A stretch of 53,358 bases of DNA, taken from Chloroflexota bacterium. GTDB taxonomy: Bacteria > Chloroflexota > Chloroflexia > QHBQ01. Shown here one piece after another: positions 1-10,572 of this stretch. A program made the translations under genes and the position numbers. The stretch is taken from assembly GCA_043754535.1 (NCBI GenBank), contig JAYUUN010000028.1:1-53358 (forward strand), given 5' to 3'. Position 1 is the stretch's first letter; each line of letters opens with the position of its first letter. Under the pieces are notes generated by a model. It was not told the DNA's origin and did no database searches. It was given only the letters and a program-made list of their open reading frames with translations.

Positions 1-433
1 CCCAACCCACCGTTTCACCGCTGAAGTCCACCTCGGTGAGGATACCCGCTACCTTGCCGCCACTCAGGTAGAGGTCGTTCGGCCACTTGAGATAGAGCGC
101 GTCGCCAGGGGCGCAGGTCTGCTGCACGCTCTGCCACAGGGCCGCCCCCATCGCGGCGGTGAGCAGGAAGGCAGAGCGGGTGGGCAGGCCTTGCGGGCGC
201 AGGATGAAGCTGGCGAGGATGCTGCTGCCAGGGGGGGCGACCCAGCGACGACCTAGCCGCCCGCGCCCTCCCGTCTGCTCCTCGGCGAGGATCACAGTGC
301 CGTCAGCCGCCTTGCGGGCGAGCAGGCTGCGGGCGACATCGCTGGTGCTGACTACTGTCTGGCGGTGCTGTACCTTGCCGCCGATCAGGCCGGGTAGTGG
401 GTCGGGCGGCCAGCCTTGTTCTACGTCCTTCAT
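1..433 (-). CDS. birA: Biotin--[acetyl-CoA carboxylase] ligase, partial (runs off the window start)
   Basis: Not in the ORF track. Manual translation from ATG 433 (ATGA overlap with the upstream stop) gives MKDVEQGW...AEEQTGGRGRLGRRW...LKWPNDLYLSGGKVAGILTE, containing the GRGR, KWPND and KxxGIL motifs. No N-terminal HTH. Confidence 0.93.
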   Translation of the reverse strand, partial: MKDVEQGWPPDPLPGLIGGKVQHRQTVVSTSDVARSLLARKAADGTVILAEEQTGGRGRLGRRWVAPPGSSILASFILRPQGLPTRSAFLLTAAMGAALWQSVQQTCAPGDALYLKWPNDLYLSGGKVAGILTEVDFSGETVGW

Positions 434-1065
434 CGTGAGCCAGCCTCGACTGGCACGACCAGGCGTTGCGCCCCCGCCTGCACCAGGGCGTTGCCGTTGC
501 TGCTGGCGGCGGCCTTCAGCTTCAGCCCGGCTCCGCGCAGGGCAAGTAGCTGCTGCTCGCTGGTCTGGCGGTCACCGAAGCCGCTAGCCGGTTGCAGGTA
601 GTCGGGCCGCCCTTGCTGCGCCGCTGCTACCACCGTCTGCACCTGCGCTGCGCTCAAGAGGCTGCTCTCAAAGATCAGCGTCACCTCCACTGCATCGTCG
701 GCGGCCAGGCGCGCCTGCTTGACCACGTAGGCAATCTCCTGTGCGCTGGCTGGTGGGTCGTTGAGCAGCACCGCCGGGTTGAGGACAAAGGCCAGCAGTT
801 GCGCGCCATCAGTGACGGCTAGCCGTGCTGCCAACCCCTTGACCGAGGCGATCTCGGCACCGAGCGGGTAGCCAACCACCGTGCCGACTTGCACCGCACT
901 CTCCTTGCCCAGGTGAGCGCGGGCCAGACGCAACCAGTACGGCTGCACCAACACTGCCGCGTAGCCACTGTGGGCCGCCACGTCGCAGAGGGCGCGCACT
1001 TCGTCGGCGGTGGCAGCGGGGTTGAGGTTGGCGTATTCGATCAAGCTGGCGGGGTTACTGCTCAT
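430..1065 (-). CDS. DeoC (deoxyribose-phosphate aldolase)-fold protein, catalytic residues degenerate
   Basis: LNPAAT..EVRALC, GTVVGYPLGA and SGFG segments follow the DeoC layout; gene follows cdd. The Schiff-base Lys motif FVKTSTGF reads YLQPASGF. Confidence 0.8.
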   Translation of the reverse strand: MSSNPASLIEYANLNPAATADEVRALCDVAAHSGYAAVLVQPYWLRLARAHLGKESAVQVGTVVGYPLGAEIASVKGLAARLAVTDGAQLLAFVLNPAVLLNDPPASAQEIAYVVKQARLAADDAVEVTLIFESSLLSAAQVQTVVAAAQQGRPDYLQPASGFGDRQTSEQQLLALRGAGLKLKAAASSNGNALVQAGAQRLVVPVEAGSR

Positions 1066-1483
1066 TGTCTTCCTCCAATTGGGCGGCGGTGAAGGGGCGG
1101 GTATAGATACGATCCAGGCTGGTCGTCACCACCGCGCCCGCCAGGTTAGCGAGGGTGAGTGGTAGCTTGGGGTTGAACTCGGCGATCACTTGACAGCAAG
1201 CCCCACAGGGACTACTCAGCCGCCCGGCAGGTACGTCGGTGACGACGCAGATAGCTAGCAGGCGGCCTGCACCGTGCGCCACCGCGCTACAAATCGCCGT
1301 CCGTTCGGCACAGATCGTCGAACCATAGGCAGCGTTCTCCACATTCACCCCAATGTGGATCGTACCACCCTCGACTAGCAGGGCAGCCCCCACCTTGAAG
1401 CTAGAGTAGGGGGCGTAAGCCTGCTCCCGCGCCGCCACCGCTGCCACATACAACAAGGTCGTTTGTTCGTCCAATTTGGTCAA
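1055..1483 (-). CDS. cdd: Cytidine deaminase (homotetrameric type)
   Basis: AYAPYSSFKVGAA, GVNVENAAY, CAE and PCGAC zinc motifs. Confidence 0.95.
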   Translation of the reverse strand: MTKLDEQTTLLYVAAVAAREQAYAPYSSFKVGAALLVEGGTIHIGVNVENAAYGSTICAERTAICSAVAHGAGRLLAICVVTDVPAGRLSSPCGACCQVIAEFNPKLPLTLANLAGAVVTTSLDRIYTRPFTAAQLEEDNEQ

Positions 1484-2910
1484 TCTCCTTCAATATTATG
1501 GTCTAGCGGCTGGTCGAGATTGCGGCGATCGGGGTTGTAGGGTAGCATAAAGGGACGGGTACCACTGCGCGAGCCGTTGCCGCTACTGCCGTTGCCACGC
1601 TGCTCGCTGGCATCCTCGCTGCTGTCGCCGCTGACCCGCACCAGGTAGAGTTGGCGCAAGCGGCGGCCCTCAGTGCTGCGAACCTGTATCTGCACCCCAT
1701 CGAGGGCGATCTCATCCCCAATCACTGGGATGCGCCCCAGGCGGTCAAAGACGAGGCCGCCAATCGTGTCGTATTCGTCGCTATCCCAATGCACGTTGAA
1801 CAGTTCGTTCACCTCGGCTACGCCTGTGCGCGCATCTACCAGATAACCACCCGCTTCGGTGGGCTGGATGTCTGGCTCCTCCACGTCGTACTCGTCCTGT
1901 ATCTCACCGACGATCTCCTCCAACAGGTCTTCGACAGTGACGAGGCCAGCAGTGCCACCGTACTCGTCCACCACCACGGCCATTTGCACGCGGCGAGTCC
2001 GCATCTCCTTAAGTAGTTCGTCTACCTTCTTCGCCTCTGGCACGTAGAGTGGCTGGCGGGCCAGGCTGGTCAGATCAAAGGTCGGTGGGTTGTTGGCGGT
2101 GTAATCGCGCAGCAGGCCAAGCAAGTCTTTGACATAGAGGATACCCTTGATCTCGTCCACTGTCTCGCTGTAGACTGGTAGGCGGCTATATCCAGACTCC
2201 AGCGTAATATCCAGGATCGAGCGCAGGTCGGCCCCGCTCGGCACGGCCACAATGTCGGGGCGCGGCACCATCACCTCGCGCACGAGCGTAGAGCGAAACT
2301 CTACCAGGCTCTCCAACATCTCCTCCTCCTCAGCGGGCATCCCGCCCTCATCATCTCCGCTGCTGATCAGTTCCAACACCCCCTCTTGCACATCCGAAGG
2401 GGCTACTACCGGCTGCTTGCCCGCTACCCGCAGGACAACGCGGCTGACCGCCAGCAGGGGGCGCAGCAGCCAACTGGTGGCCGAGCGGATCGCGCCCAGG
2501 TAGGGGAGGTACTTGAGAGCAACGTACTCTGGCTCGTAACCGGCGCGGGTGCGCGGTAGCACCACCCCCAGCAGCAGCACGACCAGGATCGCCAGGATCG
2601 CTACCAGCCAGGCCAGTCCCAGGTTGTCGCCCGGTTGCTCGATCAGGCGTAGGGCAAAGCGACCAATCAGCACCGCGTTGATCATGCTCAGGAGCGACTC
2701 GGCAAGCTCTGCCGCAGAGATGTAACCACGGGGGCTATCCACCGCCAACATCAGGCGATTGAGCGAGCGCGGATTGACAGCCATCTCGCGCAGCCGCACC
2801 CGGCTGATACTGTTCAGGGCGGTCTCGACCGCAACGGCTACCGCCATCAGCATGGTGCAGATGGCGATAGCCAGGATAGAGAGATAGTCAGGGACATCCA
2901 AGTAGCGCAC
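1480..2910 (-). CDS. HlyC/CorC (CNNM-like) membrane protein with CBS pair and CorC_HlyC domain
   Basis: N-terminal TM helices; VREVMVPRPDI, GYSRLPVY and VVVDEYGGTAGLVTVEDLLEEIVGEIQDEYD. Confidence 0.93.
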   Translation of the reverse strand: MRYLDVPDYLSILAIAICTMLMAVAVAVETALNSISRVRLREMAVNPRSLNRLMLAVDSPRGYISAAELAESLLSMINAVLIGRFALRLIEQPGDNLGLAWLVAILAILVVLLLGVVLPRTRAGYEPEYVALKYLPYLGAIRSATSWLLRPLLAVSRVVLRVAGKQPVVAPSDVQEGVLELISSGDDEGGMPAEEEEMLESLVEFRSTLVREVMVPRPDIVAVPSGADLRSILDITLESGYSRLPVYSETVDEIKGILYVKDLLGLLRDYTANNPPTFDLTSLARQPLYVPEAKKVDELLKEMRTRRVQMAVVVDEYGGTAGLVTVEDLLEEIVGEIQDEYDVEEPDIQPTEAGGYLVDARTGVAEVNELFNVHWDSDEYDTIGGLVFDRLGRIPVIGDEIALDGVQIQVRSTEGRRLRQLYLVRVSGDSSEDASEQRGNGSSGNGSRSGTRPFMLPYNPDRRNLDQPLDHNIEGD

Positions 2911-2925
2911 TCCTTTTGATCAGCC

Positions 2926-3867
2926 CTAGCGGAACAAGGTGCTGACCGACAAATCTTTGTGGATGTGGATGATCGCCTCGGCCAACAAGGGGGCGATGGT
3001 CAATTGGTGGAACTTGCCTGCGCTGTCAATGTCAAAGGGTACACTGTCGCTGACCAGGATTTGCTTGAAGGGGGCCGCTTGCAGGGCCGCCGCCGCCCCC
3101 TCAATCAGGGCGGCATGGGTGGCGCAGGCGTAGACTTCCAGTGCGCCCCGCTTGAGCAGCATCTCGCAAGCAGCAATCAGGGTGCCACCAGTGAGGATCA
3201 TGTCGTCGGCAATGATCGCCACCTTACCAGCCACCTCGCCCACCATGTCCATTGCCACCGACACGTCAGGGCTGGGGTGCATCTTGCTAATGAAGGCCAG
3301 GCTGCCCTCTGCGCCGATTCGGTCGCGCAATTCTAGGGCGCGGCCCACCCTTCCGGCATCGGGAGCGACGATTACGAAGTTCTCTGGGTGCAGATTGCGG
3401 AAGTAGTCGGCGACGATCTGGGTTGCTCGCAGGTGGTCAACTGGGATGTCGAAGAAGCCCTCGATAGCCGGGGCGTGTAGGTCAACGGTGAGGATGCGAT
3501 CAGCCCCCGCTTTGGTAATCAGGTCGGCCAGCAGCTTGGCAGCAATCGGCTCGCGCCCAGTCATCTTCTTCTCCTGCCGCGCATAGGCGTAGTAGGGGAT
3601 GACAGCGGTGATCCGCCCTGCCGAGGCTCGTTTGAGCGCGTCGATCATCAGCAGCATCTCCATGATGTGGTGGTTGGCCGGGCCGGAGAGGGCTTGCAGC
3701 AGGAACACGTCGTTGCCGCGCACATTCTCCTCTATCCGCACCCGCGTCTCGCCATTGCGCCAAAAGCCGACGACTGCCTCGCCCAGGCGCACGTTGAGAT
3801 GGTAGGCGATCTTCTCGGCCAGTTGCGGGTGCGAGTTGCCACAGAACAGTTGCAAACGACCAGCCAT
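2926..3867 (-). CDS. prs: Ribose-phosphate pyrophosphokinase
   Basis: IPYYAYARQEKK, DLHAPAIEGFFDIPVDHL and DDMILTGGT; directly downstream of glmU. Confidence 0.95.
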   Translation of the reverse strand: MAGRLQLFCGNSHPQLAEKIAYHLNVRLGEAVVGFWRNGETRVRIEENVRGNDVFLLQALSGPANHHIMEMLLMIDALKRASAGRITAVIPYYAYARQEKKMTGREPIAAKLLADLITKAGADRILTVDLHAPAIEGFFDIPVDHLRATQIVADYFRNLHPENFVIVAPDAGRVGRALELRDRIGAEGSLAFISKMHPSPDVSVAMDMVGEVAGKVAIIADDMILTGGTLIAACEMLLKRGALEVYACATHAALIEGAAAALQAAPFKQILVSDSVPFDIDSAGKFHQLTIAPLLAEAIIHIHKDLSVSTLFR

Positions 3868-3917
3868 ATTTCCTCCATTGCAGTGCAGATTGTGGGCAGC
3901 TTGCTAGCTGCTTCGTG

Positions 3918-3953
3918 CTTCCTACTGGCTACTCACTTCCTACTGGCTACTCA
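3918..3953. repeat. Perfect 2 x 18-bp tandem repeat CTTCCTACTGGCTACTCA overlapping the glmU stop
   Basis: Copies at 3918-3935 and 3936-3953. Confidence 0.9.
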
Positions 3954-5350
3954 ACTGAAGGCGGCTCTGCCTTCTTCGGCAACATACGGGCTGGTACGCC
4001 GACGGCGATCATGCCCGCCGGTACATCTCGCGTCACTACTGCGCCCGCTCCAGTGCTGGCCCCTGCGCCGACGGTCAGCGGGGCGCGCAGGATAGTATCG
4101 CTGCCAATGAACACGTTATCGCCGATCAGCGTCCTGTTCTTGCGCTTGCCATCGTAGTTGGCAGTAATCGCGCCAGCCCCAACGTTGACGTGCTGGCCCA
4201 GCGTCGCGTCGCCAAGATAGCTGAAGTGACCCATCGCGCTGTGGTCACCTATGGTAGAGCGGTTGACTTCGGCGAAGTTGCCGAGGCGGACATGGTTGCT
4301 GAGGTGGCTGTCGCCGCGCACGTGGCAAAAAGGCCCCATCCTTACCTCATCATCCAGGCGCGAGTCCTCGACGTAGCTAGCAGTGACCCGCACATGGTCG
4401 CCCAGGCTGGCATTCAGCAGGCGGCTGCCTGGGCCAATCTCGCAGCCCTCACCAACGACAGTGCTGCCCTCAAGGTAGCTGTTGGGCAGGATAGTGCTGT
4501 CGCGGCCAACCTCTACGCCGATGTGCAGATAGACGCTGGCTGGGTCGGGCATGGACACGCCAGCCAGCATCAGCCTTCGGCGCAGAGTCTCCTGCACCCG
4601 CCCCTCGGCCTCAGCAAGCTGGATGCGGTCGTTGATGCCCTGCGTCTCGTAGTAGCCAGGCAGACCCAGGGGCAAGGCGTGTGCGCCCCCCTCGGCCACC
4701 GCCATCGCCAGCAGGTCGGTAAGATAGTACTCTCCGGTGCGCGGGCTGGGGCTTAGCAGCGGCAGGTGCGCCCAGAGCCAGGCGGCCTCGTAAGCAAACA
4801 CGCCACTATTGACTTCGCTGATCGCCCGCTGTGCTGCGTCCGCTTCCTTCTCCTCTACGATAGCAGCGACGTTGCCCGCCACATCGCGCACGATCCGCCC
4901 ATAACCGTAAGGGTCAGGGGCTTGGGCGGTCAGCACCGTCAGCTTCGCCCCCGACTGGCGGTGCGTTTCGAGCAATGCCGTCAGGGTGACAGTGCTGATC
5001 AGCGGCACGTCACCAGCGAGGACGATCACCTGGGCTAGCTCCAGGCGGCCTTGCAGCAGGGGGGCTGCCTGCATCACCGCGTGGCCTGTCCCCTGTTGCG
5101 CCGCTTGCAAGGCAAACTGGCTGCCAGGGAAAGCCTGCTCTGCATAGGCCTGCACCTGCGCCGCCTGATGCCCGACGACCAGGAGCGGCTGCACGCCCAG
5201 CGGTTGCACTGCGGCCAGCACGTGGCCGACGAGTGGGCGGCCAGCGAGCGGGTGTAGCACCTTGGGCAGGGTAGATTGCATCCGCTTACCCAGGCCCGCT
5301 GCCAGGATCACGGCGGCAACGCTGGGGTTTGCTACTTCGTGGTTGTCCAT
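3947..5350 (-). CDS. glmU: Bifunctional UDP-GlcNAc pyrophosphorylase / GlcN-1-P acetyltransferase
   Basis: ILAAGLGKRMQS..PKVLH, GTGHAV, hexapeptide beta-helix, HFSYLGDA and NYDG. Start set to ATG 5350 after SD AAAGGAG. Confidence 0.97.
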   Translation of the reverse strand: MDNHEVANPSVAAVILAAGLGKRMQSTLPKVLHPLAGRPLVGHVLAAVQPLGVQPLLVVGHQAAQVQAYAEQAFPGSQFALQAAQQGTGHAVMQAAPLLQGRLELAQVIVLAGDVPLISTVTLTALLETHRQSGAKLTVLTAQAPDPYGYGRIVRDVAGNVAAIVEEKEADAAQRAISEVNSGVFAYEAAWLWAHLPLLSPSPRTGEYYLTDLLAMAVAEGGAHALPLGLPGYYETQGINDRIQLAEAEGRVQETLRRRLMLAGVSMPDPASVYLHIGVEVGRDSTILPNSYLEGSTVVGEGCEIGPGSRLLNASLGDHVRVTASYVEDSRLDDEVRMGPFCHVRGDSHLSNHVRLGNFAEVNRSTIGDHSAMGHFSYLGDATLGQHVNVGAGAITANYDGKRKNRTLIGDNVFIGSDTILRAPLTVGAGASTGAGAVVTRDVPAGMIAVGVPARMLPKKAEPPSVE

Positions 5351-5370
5351 GCTCTCCTTTTGCGGGCAAC

Positions 5371-5398
5371 AAAAATGGTGAAGCAGAGTCGCTCCACC
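5371..5398 (-). terminator. Intrinsic terminator-like hairpin inside the glmU 5' leader (attenuator)
   Basis: Minus strand GGTGGAGC-GACTCT-GCTTCACC followed by ATTTTT, ~20 nt upstream of the start codon. Confidence 0.65.
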
Positions 5399-5505
5399 GC
5401 CCTTGCGCGGCAACCCGCAATATGATCTTGTGGCCTACGTTCACCAGCGTCCATCAGGGCGGTCACAGTCTCTACTTAGGCTAGCTGTTGCACATTCCTG
5501 CCTCA

Positions 5506-5534
5506 ATAGTAACGGATCGTGGGGGGAGTGTCAA
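5506..5534 (-). promoter_or_regulatory. Sigma70-type promoter of the glmU-prs operon
   Basis: Minus strand TTGACA-17 bp-TACTAT. Confidence 0.8.
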
Positions 5535-5587
5535 GCCTCGTAGCGATGGGAGGCGGGCGCAGCGGTTGTAGCGGGAGGGCAATTTGC

Positions 5588-5601
5588 AGAACCTAAGTTC
5601 T
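5588..5601. promoter_or_regulatory. Putative LexA (SOS) box
   Basis: AGAAC-CTAA-GTTCT, the same palindrome as in the lexA promoter (29749-29762). Confidence 0.6.
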
Positions 5602-5606
5602 AGCTC

Positions 5607-5635
5607 TTGCCAAAAGGAAGGGTTTGCAGTATAAT
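5607..5635 (+). promoter_or_regulatory. Sigma70-type promoter of greA
   Basis: TTGCCA-17 bp-TATAAT. Confidence 0.8.
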
Positions 5636-5695
5636 GAAGGCTAGGGTTCGTCGGCTTCCACAAAGACCGAGGTGCCAATATCAACCAGGCAGTAC

Positions 5696-5722
5696 AACTG
5701 AGGCGGCCTGCCTCAGTTTTTT
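5696..5722 (+). terminator. Intrinsic terminator in the greA 5' leader
   Basis: AACTGAGGC-GGCCT-GCCTCAGTT-TTTT between the promoter and the greA ATG. Confidence 0.75.
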
Positions 5723-5781
5723 CAATCCTGCCAGCCATACCGCCTTGCGATGATGCAGCGGCGGGGAGAAGGAAGACGAAG

Positions 5782-6249
5782 ATGATCGACCACACCGTGT
5801 ACCTTACCGTTGAAGGTAAGGCCCAACTTGAACAAAAACTGCACCACCTGCTTACCGTGCGCCGCCCCGAAGTTGCCGACCGCATCCACAACGCCAAAGC
5901 CGACGGCGACATCAGCGACAGTGGGGAGTATGACGACGCTAAGAACGAACAGGCAATGGTCGAGGGCCAAATCCGCGACCTGGAACATAAGCTAGGTAAC
6001 TCGCAGATCATCGCGGACAGTGGCAGTCGCGAGACTGTGGCCCTCGGCTGCACCGTCGTGGTGCGTGAGGATGACGGCACAGAGGAGCGTTACAGCATCG
6101 TCGGCTCTGCCGAAGCCAACGCTCGCCAGCGCAAGGTGAGCAACGAGTCGCCCACTGGTCGCGCCCTGATGGGCCACAAGATCGGCGACACTGTCAACGT
6201 CTCTACGCCTGGTGGCCTGCTCAAACTTGTCATCGTCAGTATCGAGTAA
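5782..6249 (+). CDS. greA: Transcription elongation factor GreA
   Basis: YLTVEG, RPEVADRI, GDISDSGEYDDAK and SNESPTGRALMG. Confidence 0.95.
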   Translation: MIDHTVYLTVEGKAQLEQKLHHLLTVRRPEVADRIHNAKADGDISDSGEYDDAKNEQAMVEGQIRDLEHKLGNSQIIADSGSRETVALGCTVVVREDDGTEERYSIVGSAEANARQRKVSNESPTGRALMGHKIGDTVNVSTPGGLLKLVIVSIE

Positions 6250-6375
6250 GTGCTGCCTGCCTGAGTGCCAGGTGCTACGTAGATGCTGGCCGGGGGCGCG
6301 TGGTGCGCCCCTTTGTTGTGACAAGAGCAATCGCCGCAGGTGGAGCAAGGCGGGAGCAGCGGGAGGAGCAGGAGC

Positions 6376-8001
6376 ATGGAAGAACAGCAGCAGCTTGACG
6401 CACAGTTCGTGCGCGACCTTGATCTGAGCGACCAGGCCGAGCAGCGGATCGCCAAGCTGCGTCGCTTGCAGGCAGCAGGTAGCGACCCCTACCCCGCCTG
6501 TGCCGAGCGCAGCCACAGCAGCGAGGCCGCTCGCAATCTGTGGGCCGAGATCAGCACAGCGGGCCTGGACGAGCATGGAGAGCCGCGCTCCCCCGGCGTG
6601 ACGGTCGAGCGCGAGGATCATGCGCAGGGCGAGATGACTACTTTCGCAGGCGATGCTAGCGAGCGCAACCCGACGATCAGCCTGAGCGGGCGGATCGTAC
6701 TGGTGCGGATCATGGGCAAGGCTAGCTTCGTTACTATTGAGGACATTAGTGGGCGGCTGCAACTGTACTTCAAGAAGGAAGTAATGGGCGAGGCAGCTTA
6801 CCAGTCGTTTAAGGACGATCTAGACCTCGGCGACTTCATCAGCGTCAGTGGTACACTGTTCGAGACCCGCACCCACGAACTTAGCCTCAAGGTGCTGGGC
6901 TGCACGCTGATTAGCAAGTCGCTGCGCCCACTGCCCGACAAGTGGCACGGCGTAACCGACGTGGAGACGCGCTACCGCCAACGCTACGTTGACCTGTTGG
7001 CGAACCCAGAGACGCGGGAGGTCTTCCGCACCCGTGCGCGCCTGGTGGCGTTCGTCCGCCGCTTTCTGGACGAGCGCGATTACTACGAGGCCGAAACGCC
7101 GATTTTGCAGCCTGTCTATGGCGGCGGGGCAGCAGTGCCGTTTACTACCGAATACAAGGCACTAGACCAAACCTTCTACCTGCGGATCGCCGACGAACTC
7201 TACCTCAAGCGGCTGATCGTCGGCGGCTTCGAGCGAGTGTACGAGATAGGCCACGACTTTCGCAACGAGGGGACGGACGCGACCCACAGCCCAGAGTTCA
7301 CCATGATCGAGCTGTACCAGGCATACGCCAACTACGAGACGATGATGGAGCTTTTCGAGGCGATGTGCGTAGGGCTGGCCCAGCAGATCAAGGGCAGCTT
7401 GCAGTTTGACTACCAGGGGATGCAACTGGACTTCACCCCGCCCTGGCCGCGCGTAGATATGCGGCAGGCTTTGATCGAGCAGGCGGGCTTCGACTTCCTG
7501 GACTACCCCGACGATGAAGTGGGTCGGCGGCGGCTCTGTGAGCATCTGCGCGGGCGTGGCCTGCGGGTTGAGCCAACGATGCGCTGGGCCAAGCTGGTGG
7601 ATGAGGCACTAGGCGAGTACGTGGAGCCGGGCTTCACCAGCCCCACCTTCCTGCTCGGCCACCCAGTCGCTCTCTCGCCGCTGGCGAAGCGCAAGAGCGA
7701 CAACCCACTGCTGACTGAACGCTTCGAGGCGTACATGGGTGGCTTTGAGATTGCTAATGCCTTTAGCGAACTGAACGACCCCATCGACCAGTACGCCCGC
7801 TTCCTGGCTGCTGGCCGCGATGCTGCCGCTGGCGACGAGGAGGCGCACCGCATGGATGTGGACTTCCTGACCGCCCTTAGCTACGGGATGCCGCCCACTG
7901 GTGGTATGGGAATTGGTATAGATCGACTGGCGATGATCTTCACCAATCAAGCAGCAATCCGCGACGTGATCCTGTTCCCGGCTTTGCGAAGCAAGGAGTA
8001 A
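6376..8001 (+). CDS. lysS: Lysine--tRNA ligase (class II)
   Basis: LRPLPDKWHG, RYRQRYVDL, FRNEG..HSPEFTMIELY and YGMPPTGGMGIGIDRL. Start set to ATG 6376 after AGGAG. Confidence 0.97.
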   Translation: MEEQQQLDAQFVRDLDLSDQAEQRIAKLRRLQAAGSDPYPACAERSHSSEAARNLWAEISTAGLDEHGEPRSPGVTVEREDHAQGEMTTFAGDASERNPTISLSGRIVLVRIMGKASFVTIEDISGRLQLYFKKEVMGEAAYQSFKDDLDLGDFISVSGTLFETRTHELSLKVLGCTLISKSLRPLPDKWHGVTDVETRYRQRYVDLLANPETREVFRTRARLVAFVRRFLDERDYYEAETPILQPVYGGGAAVPFTTEYKALDQTFYLRIADELYLKRLIVGGFERVYEIGHDFRNEGTDATHSPEFTMIELYQAYANYETMMELFEAMCVGLAQQIKGSLQFDYQGMQLDFTPPWPRVDMRQALIEQAGFDFLDYPDDEVGRRRLCEHLRGRGLRVEPTMRWAKLVDEALGEYVEPGFTSPTFLLGHPVALSPLAKRKSDNPLLTERFEAYMGGFEIANAFSELNDPIDQYARFLAAGRDAAAGDEEAHRMDVDFLTALSYGMPPTGGMGIGIDRLAMIFTNQAAIRDVILFPALRSKE

Positions 8002-8008
8002 GCGAGCA

Positions 8009-8904
8009 ATGCTCACCTCGGTGATGTTCTGGAACGAGCCAAACAACCTCAGTCATTGGGACTTCCTACTAGACCCAGAGTGGGAGCAGTTTGGCACGAT
8101 GCTGCGCTGGGCTGGGCAGGTGGTGCGCGAAGCCAACCCGAACCTGACCCGCGTGTTGGGTGGCATCTCGCCCATAGACCCAGGGTTTGTGGAGAAGCTG
8201 GGCGAACATGGTGCGTTGCAGGCGATAGACGTAGTGGCAGTACATGGCTTCCCCCTAGACTGGAACAACTGGGCAATCAACGACTGGCCGCAGAAGGTGC
8301 TGCTGATCGAGCGACTCGCGGGCAAGCCGGTCTGGGTGACAGAGGTGGGGGTGAGCAGCTTTGGGGCTGAGGAAGTGCAGCAGTTTGGCCTGCAACGGAC
8401 GGTGGAACTGCTGCGGGAAGTAGAGCGTGTCTACTGGTACTCCCTATTCGACCTGCCAGGCCACCGCCCTGCGACCACGCGGCACAAGGAGAGCGAGGGT
8501 AGCGCGTACTACCGCCACTTCCACATGGGCCTGATCAACGAGGACAAGCAAACCCCTAAGCTAGCTTTGGAGACCTTCAAGCAGCTTGCCCACAAGCCTG
8601 GTATCTGCCAGTGGTTCCACTACGAGGATTATGAGACGCTAGAACGCGCCGTCTGGTGGCTGAAGCACCTGGGGGTGAAACAGGTACGCACCGGCCTGAG
8701 TTGGGCCGACTCACACATCCCTGGCGCATGGGCCTGGTTCGACGCGCAGATGAAGGCGTTGGAGAGCTTCGACGTGCTGGCGACCCTCTGCTTCACGCCG
8801 CCCTCGCGGGGGCAGCGACCCGACCACACCAGCCCGCCACTTGATGCAGGCGAGTTCTCCTACTTCTGCCGCGAAGTCGCCACCAGGTACGCGCCGGGGC
8901 GGGG

Positions 8905-8908
<4 letters not shown>
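8009..8908 (+). CDS. Clan GH-A glycoside hydrolase ('beta-xylosidase'-like), apparently circularly permuted
   Basis: WNEPN acid/base motif at residues 8-12; WVTEVG nucleophile motif mid-protein; LGVKQVRTGLSWAD in the C-terminal third. Confidence 0.8.
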
Positions 8909-10527
<1,619 letters not shown>

Positions 10528-10572
10528 CCAGTAGTCCCTACAACCAAGTTGGAGCTACAAATCGCATCCTTT

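Noticed and set aside
6530..6680. Extra ~30 aa before the LysS OB fold, considered as an intein or extra domain
   Set aside because: No intein terminal motifs; too short and in a variable region.
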